From positions 1-59,869 of the forward strand of contig JAGORR010000002.1 of NCBI GenBank assembly GCA_018062765.1: DNA of 59,869 bases, read 5' to 3'. Positions 53,173 to 59,869 of this stretch are shown here, piece by piece; positions within the stretch are counted from its first letter, which is position 1, and every line of letters starts with the position of its first letter. This DNA comes from Minisyncoccota bacterium. Lineage in GTDB: Bacteria; Patescibacteriota; Minisyncoccia; Phycocordibacterales; Phycocordibacteraceae. Both the position numbers and the translations under genes were made by a program. The notes below the pieces were generated by a model that was given only the letters and a program-made list of their open reading frames with translations, was not told the DNA's origin and did not search any database.

Positions 53173-54248
53173 TTGTGTTTGCGCGCCTCCTCCGGCACAC
53201 ATGATTCATAGCGCCCGTCAGTAAACTCAAACGCATCGAGGCTCGAAAATCGGTACTGATACCCGAGCACTTTCGTGACCTTTGAGCCGTCAACGGCGAT
53301 GGGATACGAGTAACTCTTCCAAGACCCCTTCCCCGTAGGAATCTTCCCGTGTGAAAGGTGCCACGCAAAGAAGTTTCCTACCCGCATCATCCAAGGCGCG
53401 ATAGGAAGCACTTTCTTCCCTACGGCGCGCGCCATATCGCCTGCGCGTACGGCTGGCCCCGGCGGACAGATATTAAATACTTCGTACGTGCCGGGGAGCT
53501 CGCCAAACACGAGCCGTTCAGTGATACCGACCACATCATCCTCGTGGATGAATTGGCGCAACCACTTGGGTGTTGCGGGTATACGCGAGACAAGGAGCGA
53601 AACGACTCGGTAGGCAAACGACTTTTCACCTGAGAGAGAGCCTGAGAGCGCTGACTGGAGTCCGAATCTGATGCGATCGAACCTCCCTCGAGGGCCAGTA
53701 ATGGCTGCTGGACGCACGACTGCGACTGCGACCTCCTGATTGGTACGCCTCGCAAACCGCTTACGAAGGTGCTCTTCCGCAATCCTCTTCTCCTCTGCGT
53801 ACAAGTAATCGGTTTTACGAAAGGAATCTTCCTCCGTATACCGGAAATCGATTTCGTTACTGGCAAACGCACCGTAACTTGCTACGGTCGAGAAATGGAT
53901 AAGACGGGTGACGGACGGTTCCGTAAACGCGAAATCGAATACCCGATCGGACGCCTCGATATTCCATTTCCAGGTGAGTGCGTGGTTCCCATAAATCTCA
54001 CGGATATGCCAAGCCGTGTGGATGACGATGTCAGGTGCAAGGGCACGCGCTTTTTTCTCCCAGCCATTATCCGCTAGGTTCTGTTCTATATACGTCAGCT
54101 TCGGGTTATCCCGGATAAGTTCCGGAGCAGCCTCCTTATCGATTCCGATGATCTTACCGACGTCATCGCGTTTGGCGAACTCGTTGACCAGCATCGCGCC
54201 GACGTAGCCTGCAGCGCCCGTAATGAGAATCGTTTTCTTTGTATCCAT
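53169..54248 (-). CDS. NAD-dependent epimerase/dehydratase family protein (extended SDR)
   Basis: 359 aa. It has ILITGAAGYVGAMLVNEF and a YxxxK motif (YAEEKRI). Confidence 0.8.
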   Translation of the reverse strand: MDTKKTILITGAAGYVGAMLVNEFAKRDDVGKIIGIDKEAAPELIRDNPKLTYIEQNLADNGWEKKARALAPDIVIHTAWHIREIYGNHALTWKWNIEASDRVFDFAFTEPSVTRLIHFSTVASYGAFASNEIDFRYTEEDSFRKTDYLYAEEKRIAEEHLRKRFARRTNQEVAVAVVRPAAITGPRGRFDRIRFGLQSALSGSLSGEKSFAYRVVSLLVSRIPATPKWLRQFIHEDDVVGITERLVFGELPGTYEVFNICPPGPAVRAGDMARAVGKKVLPIAPWMMRVGNFFAWHLSHGKIPTGKGSWKSYSYPIAVDGSKVTKVLGYQYRFSSLDAFEFTDGRYESCVPEEARKHK

Positions 54249-54274
54249 AGGAATATAAACTGTGAGACGCTCGA

Positions 54275-55630
54275 TCAGGATGCGAACCTAAAAAACATTC
54301 GCTTGATAGTTTTGAGCGCAATCGTGACATCGAGCACGAGCGATCGATGCTTTAGGTAATAGAAATCATACGCTAGTCGGAGCTTGGTTTCTTCAACCGA
54401 CTGCGGACTGATGTTGCCCTGTTCGTACTGCTGATTGACTTGCGCCCATCCAGTGATGCCAGGACGCACGCGGTAGCGGACGCGATAGTACGGCAGTGCC
54501 TCAGCGAGGCGCTCGCCAAGCGGCACAAGATCGTTCCGCGGACCCACCAAAGAGACCTCTCCAGCGAGCACGTTCCAGAACTGGGGGAACTCGTCGAGTG
54601 ACGTCTTACGGAGGAACGCGCCTACCCGCGTGACGCGATTCTCCCCCTCACCTGGCCACATCCCAGAGTCCGAGAAGCGCATGCTTCGGAACTTGTACGC
54701 GCGCATTGTAGCTCCCCGCTCACCCATACGATCCTGCCTGATTAGCACCGGGCCTGGGCCTTCTATCCGGAGCGCGAGTGCGATTAAAGGATAGGCGATA
54801 ACGGTGACGATACCCATCAAGATGCCGCCAATGATATCAATCGCGCGCTTGGAAAAAAGGTAGAAGCCGGAGGCGCGCCGGACGGCATTCCGGAAGAACC
54901 ATTCGTAGCCAAGCAGAGAAAGAGGGACGCGATCGAACACCTCCTCATACAACGCGAGGAAATCAACCACCTGGTAGCGTTCGCTTTCAAATGCGTGCTG
55001 ATAAAGGGCAGGTAGAAATGGGCGAAGCGCGGGATCGCGCGAATCGAGTATCAGGAAACGAAAATCGCGCCCGTCCGACAGCATCCGCGCAAGCTCATCA
55101 GGACTTGTCTTCGCGGGGTCTATCGGGTCGTCCACCGAGAGTCCGTAGCGCGGATTCCCGGAGAGTTCTTTGGCGAGCTCCAGCTCCTCGGGTCGGCTAC
55201 CTATGAAGACGGCGCGGGTTGCGGCTCGCGGACGCGAGATACGCGGGAAGAATACGAGTCGCCACACGAAAACCGTCACCAAGGAAATCGCAAGATATAT
55301 CGCAAGGATGGTCTTTGGCGTTATCCCAAGCGGCGCAACAAAGAAGAACAGCAACGCAGCGATAACAATATTCGCGACGTGCGTCCGGAGGATGCGTCCT
55401 GAGAGATCCCGCTTCACAAAAACGACCTGCTTTTCGTAAAGCCCGCTCATGAAGAATACGAGCGTCCAGACTAGAAAAAGGAAGGCGAACGGTCCTGCGT
55501 GCGCTGAAAGCAGATCCTGGCTCGGAATTTCGCGGTACCGAATAAGGAGGGTGGCCCACAGCGAAAAGGCGAAAGCGATGATATCGCCCGCAAAGAGAAG
55601 CACGGAGGCCTTTCGTCCGCCAATAGTCAT
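54275..55630 (-). CDS. Polyprenyl-phosphate hexose-1-phosphate transferase (WbaP/'bacterial sugar transferase' family priming enzyme)
   Basis: 451 aa. N-terminal TM helices are followed by KRAIDIIGGILMGIV, RQDRMGERGATMRAYKFRSM and DEFPQFWNVLAGEVSLVGPRN. Confidence 0.9.
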   Translation of the reverse strand: MTIGGRKASVLLFAGDIIAFAFSLWATLLIRYREIPSQDLLSAHAGPFAFLFLVWTLVFFMSGLYEKQVVFVKRDLSGRILRTHVANIVIAALLFFFVAPLGITPKTILAIYLAISLVTVFVWRLVFFPRISRPRAATRAVFIGSRPEELELAKELSGNPRYGLSVDDPIDPAKTSPDELARMLSDGRDFRFLILDSRDPALRPFLPALYQHAFESERYQVVDFLALYEEVFDRVPLSLLGYEWFFRNAVRRASGFYLFSKRAIDIIGGILMGIVTVIAYPLIALALRIEGPGPVLIRQDRMGERGATMRAYKFRSMRFSDSGMWPGEGENRVTRVGAFLRKTSLDEFPQFWNVLAGEVSLVGPRNDLVPLGERLAEALPYYRVRYRVRPGITGWAQVNQQYEQGNISPQSVEETKLRLAYDFYYLKHRSLVLDVTIALKTIKRMFFRFAS

Positions 55631-55687
55631 GCGTATGCTAGCTTATACACTATATAACCTCCCGGAGCGACCGCGGGTTCTACCCTT

Positions 55688-56809
55688 TTGATGCCCCCTA
55701 GACCCGATATCCTCTATGTCATAACGAAGGCCTCCTGGGGTGGTGCTCAGCGCTACGTCCTTGATATTGCCTCCGCGATGAGAGCCGCAGGGCGAGAAGT
55801 CGCGGTCGCATACGGGGAACCAGGTCTGCTAGTAGATAAGCTCGAAACAGCCGGTATCCGCACAATTGCAGTACCAGCACTCGGACGCGATGTACGTATC
55901 GGGAAGGACCTCGTTGCATTTGGCGTGCTCACTACTCTTTTAAAGCAGGAGCGTCCGCGTGTCGTACACCTTAATAGCTCGAAAGCTGGGTTGGTCGGCG
56001 GGTTGGCGGCTCGCAAAGCGCGCATAGAGAAAATTATATTTACAGCACACGGATGGCCATGGAACGAGGATCGATCTCTTCCTGTGCGTGTCCTTTTTCG
56101 CCTACTTACCTGGATTACGGTCTTACTCTCCCACCGCACCATATGCGTTTCAAGCGCCATGCGTCGCGACGCCGATTGGATGCCGTTTGCTTCCGGCAAG
56201 CTCGTCGTAGTGAAGAATGCCATCGCGGCACCCTCGTTCCTCGATCGCACTACTGCCAAAAAAAGTCTTGGAATTGAGGATGTTGCGGGGCCCTGTATCG
56301 GGATGATCTCCGAACTACATCCCACCAAGCGCGTGGAGGACGCTCTTCAAGCTATTGCACTCCTTACTCAGCGACATCCGGAGGCCATTCTCGTCGTCCT
56401 CGGGGAGGGCGAGGAGCGTCAGAAACTCGAGAGCCTCTCAACGCGGCTAGAGCTCGCCCATCGGGTCAGATTCCTCGGTTTTATTCCGGAGGCGAGTCAG
56501 TACCTCAACGCGTTCGACCTTTTCCTTCATACATCACGTTCAGAGTCCTTCGGATTTGCGGTTGCGGAGGCTGGATTCGCCGGTCTTCCCGTAATCGCTA
56601 CCTCCGTCGGCGGCATTCCTGAACTCATCAAGCACGATGTATCAGGTACGCTCATAACGAGGAACAATCCGCACGCTATCGCACGCGCGATAGCGCGCTA
56701 TCTTGAGCACGCCGAGAAGGCCAAGGAGCATGGCACAGCGCTTGCGGCCCGTATGAACGTGCTTGTCTCCCTTCCCCGCATGATTAAAGAGACTGCGAAC
56801 TATTACTAG
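55688..56809 (+). CDS. Family 4 (GT-B) glycosyltransferase
   Basis: 373 aa. It has ILYVITKASWGGAQRYV and FLHTSRSESFGFAVAEAGFAGLPVIATSVGGIPE. Confidence 0.85.
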   Translation: MMPPRPDILYVITKASWGGAQRYVLDIASAMRAAGREVAVAYGEPGLLVDKLETAGIRTIAVPALGRDVRIGKDLVAFGVLTTLLKQERPRVVHLNSSKAGLVGGLAARKARIEKIIFTAHGWPWNEDRSLPVRVLFRLLTWITVLLSHRTICVSSAMRRDADWMPFASGKLVVVKNAIAAPSFLDRTTAKKSLGIEDVAGPCIGMISELHPTKRVEDALQAIALLTQRHPEAILVVLGEGEERQKLESLSTRLELAHRVRFLGFIPEASQYLNAFDLFLHTSRSESFGFAVAEAGFAGLPVIATSVGGIPELIKHDVSGTLITRNNPHAIARAIARYLEHAEKAKEHGTALAARMNVLVSLPRMIKETANYY

Positions 56810-57939
56810 CCGACGAACTCCTGCGTACCCTGGACTCGAGACGCGGTACGGCCGTAGGCCGCAAGACTTGCGACGATGCCGAGCGCCGCGAATTCCATGA
56901 GGAGGTGCGAGCCGCCGTAGCTCATAAACGGAATGGTGGTACCGGTGACCGGCAAAAGTCCCACGTTGATGCCTGCGTGTATAGCAACGTGCGCAGTGAT
57001 AACAATCGCAACACCGATAGTGAAGAAAGCATCGAAGTTGGTCGCGGCCTTTCGTGCAATCTCAAGGAGACGCGCCAGCAAAAGGCCATAGAGCGTAAGC
57101 GCGAGCAGCACCCCGACGAACCCCCACTCCTCCGCGTACGCAGCAAAGATGAAATCGGTCTGATACTCCGGAAGAAACCGTAGTTTCGATTGTGTGCCGT
57201 ACCCGACACCCTTTCCAAGCCACTCGCCGCTTCCTACAGCAACCGTCGCCTGGTACGCGTTGTACCCCGCTCCGCGGATGTCTGCCGCCGGGTTGAGGAA
57301 TGCGAGGATGCGCGTCCTCTGGTAGTCATGGAGTCCACCGAACCAGAGCGTGAGCGCTGCGACAATACCGAGCAAAGTGACCGCGATAAGGTGGCGCTTT
57401 GGTATACCTGAAATGAGCACCATCCCAAGCCATACGGCACCGAGTATCGCTGCGGTACCAAGGTCCGGCTGGACGAGGATGAGGATGATTGGCACCGCAG
57501 CATAGAGACCAGACACGAGAATGTGTCGCACGTTCCCCATCTCGGTGTGGCGTCGCGAAAGATACTTTGCCAAAAGTGCGATGATGATGAGCTTTACGAG
57601 GTCAGCAGGCTGAAATGAGACAGGGCCGAGATTGAACCAGCTTTGGGCTCCTTGGACCGGTGCAGCTGCCACCAGGAGCAGTATGAGCAAGCCGAGCGCT
57701 ATCAGGTAGCCTGTGATAAGCACCGGCGTCCGGCGCAAGAAGCGCAGATCCATAACGGAGAGCACGAAGAAGACCGTTACGCCGAGCATGACCCACAACG
57801 CCTGGCGCGGCGCCAAGGAGTCCGATCCAAACGTATGCATAGTCAGAAGCCCGAGCAAGGAAAGCGCTAAGGCGGGCAGCAAAAGAGGCCACTCCGAGAG
57901 GAGGGACGACCAGAGAAATGTCGGGAGCCTAGACATCAC
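56806..57939 (-). CDS. SEDS-family peptidoglycan glycosyltransferase (FtsW/RodA/SpoVE)
   Basis: 377 aa with about 10 TM helices. It has QPADLVKLIIIALLAKYL, LPEYQTDFIFAAYAEEWGFVG and PVTGTTIPFMSYGGS. Confidence 0.9.
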   Translation of the reverse strand: MMSRLPTFLWSSLLSEWPLLLPALALSLLGLLTMHTFGSDSLAPRQALWVMLGVTVFFVLSVMDLRFLRRTPVLITGYLIALGLLILLLVAAAPVQGAQSWFNLGPVSFQPADLVKLIIIALLAKYLSRRHTEMGNVRHILVSGLYAAVPIILILVQPDLGTAAILGAVWLGMVLISGIPKRHLIAVTLLGIVAALTLWFGGLHDYQRTRILAFLNPAADIRGAGYNAYQATVAVGSGEWLGKGVGYGTQSKLRFLPEYQTDFIFAAYAEEWGFVGVLLALTLYGLLLARLLEIARKAATNFDAFFTIGVAIVITAHVAIHAGINVGLLPVTGTTIPFMSYGGSHLLMEFAALGIVASLAAYGRTASRVQGTQEFVG

Positions 57940-58709
57940 TCACGGCCCGCGCTTATGGGAAGCGTAATGAACGGGAGTATCTCTGCGCGCGCGGGAGGAA
58001 CTACGAAAGGCGTACTCCAAGTGAACACGAGAGGCGTCTCGCCGCCAGCCGGCACGTCGACAACCGAGGCGCTTGCGGCGATTGCGTTATTCTCCGCGTC
58101 GAAGACGGTCGCGATTATGTCTACATCGTAATAATCAGTGACGCCCATGTTGCGTACACGTGCAGTTATACGGGAACCATCCTCGGCTTCCGTAATCCGG
58201 GTATCAAGTACCGCAAGTGGTGTCGCTTCCGGCACCATGCGGAACCATTTCAATGATGACCCATCGAACGAAAGGAACGCACGAATCGGTACTGCGCTCG
58301 TTCGCGCGACACCTGGGAAGAATACGGGCACCGTCATTGCTGGAGGCAGGTCGGCAATACCTTCTTGCTTTCCTATCTCTCCGTTTGCGTCATAGATAGT
58401 CACCGTAAAGCGAGCATCACGTACGGCCTCGCGCGGATTTGGGTTATCGATATAGGCGATCGCGTCGATGCGTCCAGGGGTGTTGGTAAGGTAGCGCACG
58501 AAGCGCACTGACGGCTCGCGTACGTCGGCAATGCACAGGAATTTACAGGAACCGCCGCAATCGATACCACGCTCATCCTGATTCTGTTTCCCATCCGCGC
58601 ACGATGGCGCCTCATAGAGGGTCGCTACTAGGGTGAGCGCGACAATCGTGAGGAACACGGCGCTCACGATGAGAATGAAGATGGTTTTGCGGCGAGAGCT
58701 CCAGGACAT
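57936..58709 (-). CDS. Membrane-anchored hypothetical protein with a Cys-rich CxDGxxNQDExGxDCGGxC motif
   Basis: 257 aa with an N-terminal TM helix (IFILIVSAVFLTIVALTLVATL). It carries the motif CADGKQNQDERGIDCGGSCKFLC. An ATGA overlap couples it to the SEDS gene. Confidence 0.5.
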   Translation of the reverse strand: MSWSSRRKTIFILIVSAVFLTIVALTLVATLYEAPSCADGKQNQDERGIDCGGSCKFLCIADVREPSVRFVRYLTNTPGRIDAIAYIDNPNPREAVRDARFTVTIYDANGEIGKQEGIADLPPAMTVPVFFPGVARTSAVPIRAFLSFDGSSLKWFRMVPEATPLAVLDTRITEAEDGSRITARVRNMGVTDYYDVDIIATVFDAENNAIAASASVVDVPAGGETPLVFTWSTPFVVPPARAEILPFITLPISAGRE

Positions 58710-58717
58710 GTATACAG

Positions 58718-58723
58718 CTTATA
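58718..58723 (-). promoter_or_regulatory. -10-like hexamer TATAAG, 8 nt upstream of the ATG at 58709
   Basis: The minus strand reads TATAAG-ctgtatac-ATG. Confidence 0.35.
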
Positions 58724-58760
58724 GCGTTTAGCTGTGCGCGGCTAGCCAGATACGCAATGT

Positions 58761-58788
58761 GAAAACCGCCCCTCACGGGGCGGTTTTC
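58761..58788 (-). terminator. Rho-independent terminator after the 5S rRNA
   Basis: GAAAACCGCCCC-tcac-GGGGCGGTTTTC, a 12-bp stem. On the minus-strand RNA it ends in UUUUCACAUU. Confidence 0.7.
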
Positions 58789-58811
58789 ATGTATCGGAAA
58801 GGAATTCGAGG

Positions 58812-58932
58812 GCTGCGTTCTGGCGACTAGCTACTCTCCCCCATAGGAGTACCATCGCCGCAATTGCGCTTAACTGCCGTGTTCGGAATGAGAACGGGTG
58901 TGGCCACAACGCCAAGTCACCAGAACGCAGCC
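58812..58932 (-). rRNA. rrf: 5S ribosomal RNA
   Basis: The minus strand reads ...CTGCGTTCTGGTGACTTGGCG..CCGAACACGGCAGTTAAGCGC..GAGAGTAGCTAGTCGCCAGAACGCAG. Helix I is extended by the flanking pair CGAGGG/CCCTCG. Ends are accurate to about 4 nt. Confidence 0.9.
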
Positions 58933-59029
58933 CTCGAAGTTCCTGTCCGCGATTATTTCGCAGACAAACGAATACGCAAAGAATTTTGAAGCATTTCCAC
59001 CGTAAGATTGTGATACTCACGGTTCCGCA

Positions 59030-59869
59030 CAAGAGACTGGACTTATTAGTACACCTCGGCTCAATCCCTCGCGGGACTTACACCTAGTGCCTATCAACCT
59101 AGTAGTCTTCTAGGAGTCTCATAACGAGTACTAATCTTGAAGCACGCTTCCCGCTTATATGCTTTCAGCGGTTATCGCAACCCGACATAGCTACCGAGCG
59201 GTGCCCTTGGCAGGACAGCTCGTAGACCAGAGGTCAGTTCATCCCGGTCCTCTCGTACTAGGGACGACCCTCCTCAATACTCAACGCCTGTAGTAGATAG
59301 GAGACCAACCTGTCTCACGCATCTAGTTTACTTCCGTTACCGGAAGGATCGGACTGTAACTTATTCCGTTCTGGAATATCAACATTCAGTCTCTACGGGT
59401 ATTCGTGAGCTGTAATAAGGAGCGATGTTTCCATCGCTAAGGGCTGGTGGTTGGAGGTTTGGACTCCGACATGTTCTCCGCTTTTTAGTTTTGTCCTGCG
59501 CATAACGCAGCTTTCAAAGCGAATACTCCCACCTGATTCCTTATTACAGCTCACAAACTTCCCTCGGTATTGCCCATTGCATTATGGGTTCCACCGATAT
59601 CAGTTGATTTGTCTCCTTATATTCCTATAAGAAGCCGCCGTGATTTTGTCATTCGCACACTGCGTCTCACGCAGCTAACACTTCCTCGGGGTTCAAACCG
59701 TGCAATCTCCTAGACGAGGTGTTGCCTCGTCTAAAGATGCTGCACGGTTTGAACCCAGCTCGCGTACCTTTTTAATTGGCGAACAGCCAAACGCTTGGGA
59801 CCTTCTCCAGCCCCGCGCTAAGGTGAGCCGACATCGAGGTGCCGAACTCCGCCGTCGCTATGGACGCTT
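59030..59869 (-). rRNA. rrl: 23S ribosomal RNA, 3' portion (continues beyond the window end), interrupted by an intron
   Basis: The reverse complement matches conserved domain V/VI strings: GGTACGCGAGCTGGGTTCA, GTGAGACAGGTTGGTC, GTACGAGAGGACCGGGATGAAC and CTGAAAGCATATAAGCGGGAAG, plus the 3' terminal ..GGTGTACTAATAAGTCC. The 3' end is approximate. Confidence 0.93.
59320..59743 (-). ncRNA. ORF-less group I-like intron inserted in the 23S rRNA gene (about 424 nt)
   Basis: Removing 59320..59743 restores GGGTTCAAACCGT|CGTGAGACAGGTTGG, collinear with E. coli GGGUUCAGAACGUCGUGAGACAGUUCGG. The 5' exon ends in U and the insert ends in G. The 3' part folds as GACUG (P7) - AAUGUUGA - UAUUCC/GGAAUA (P8) - CAGUC (P7') - CUUCCG-GUAA-CGGAAG (P9) - ..AGAUG. 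No ORF of 60 aa or more lies inside. Confidence 0.7.

Noticed and set aside
59661-59673. Possible second insertion site or second intron, suggested by an internal copy of the exon sequence GCGUGAGAC.
   Set aside because: Removing a single 424-nt block already restores perfect collinearity with the E. coli 23S. The internal copy forms a small local hairpin (UGCG-UGAGA-CGCA) and is more simply part of the intron.

Overview
The window reads as a chromosomal segment from a small-genome, Candidate Phyla Radiation (Patescibacteria/Parcubacteria-like) bacterium. This is an inference from a short, divergent 16S, an intron-bearing 23S, unlinked rRNA genes, an archaeal-type UMP kinase and almost no Shine-Dalgarno motifs. 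The standard genetic code appears to be in use, since TGA acts as a stop in many ATGA overlaps. Most genes lie on the minus strand.

Layout:
- 1-4.6 kb: three paralogous membrane-tethered HTH proteins. The first is an edge-truncated ORF missing from the supplied track.
- 4.7-11.6 kb: housekeeping genes gatB, obg, a NUDIX hydrolase, secA and murB, with a 22-codon poly-Lys micro-ORF plus hairpin just upstream of secA.
- 11.6-38.2 kb: a roughly 26.6 kb cell-surface glycan island. It holds an O-antigen-ligase-like/TPR protein, a GT2, a YdjC-GtrA fusion, a P-loop fused to a polytopic membrane protein, a Wzx-like flippase, five methyltransferase domains, a dehydrogenase/nucleotidyltransferase/TagF-like triad, about six GT4 genes, SDR sugar enzymes, YvcK, an APH-like kinase and an HD hydrolase.
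- 38.2-46.3 kb: a TraD/VirD4-like ATPase, an L,D-transpeptidase fused to a DD-carboxypeptidase, rsmI, murC and murD.
- 46.4-48.4 kb: tRNA-Ile(GAU) and the 16S rRNA.
- 48.8-58.7 kb: pyrH, secDF, folD, a second small glycan-priming locus, and a SEDS (FtsW/RodA) gene.
- 58.8 kb to the end: 5S and the 3' part of the 23S, which carries a ~424-nt ORF-less group I-like intron.

Observations most worth follow-up:
- The 16S 3' tail lacks the CCUCC anti-SD core. Together with this, -10-like hexamers sit 6-10 nt upstream of many operon-first start codons, suggesting leaderless or coupled translation.
- The 23S intron, including an unusually long exon-intron helix at its 5' splice site.
- tRNA-Ile is embedded in a long processing-type stem and is followed by a partial tRNA copy.
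- Several unusual fusions and modules in the glycan island: a YdjC-GtrA fusion next to a GT2 and GT-C-like proteins, a TarIJL-like triad with a different reductase family, and a methyltransferase-dehydratase fusion.
- The L,D-transpeptidase/DD-carboxypeptidase fusion.

Many long ORFs in the track are antisense shadows of real genes or fall inside rRNA genes, and were not called.
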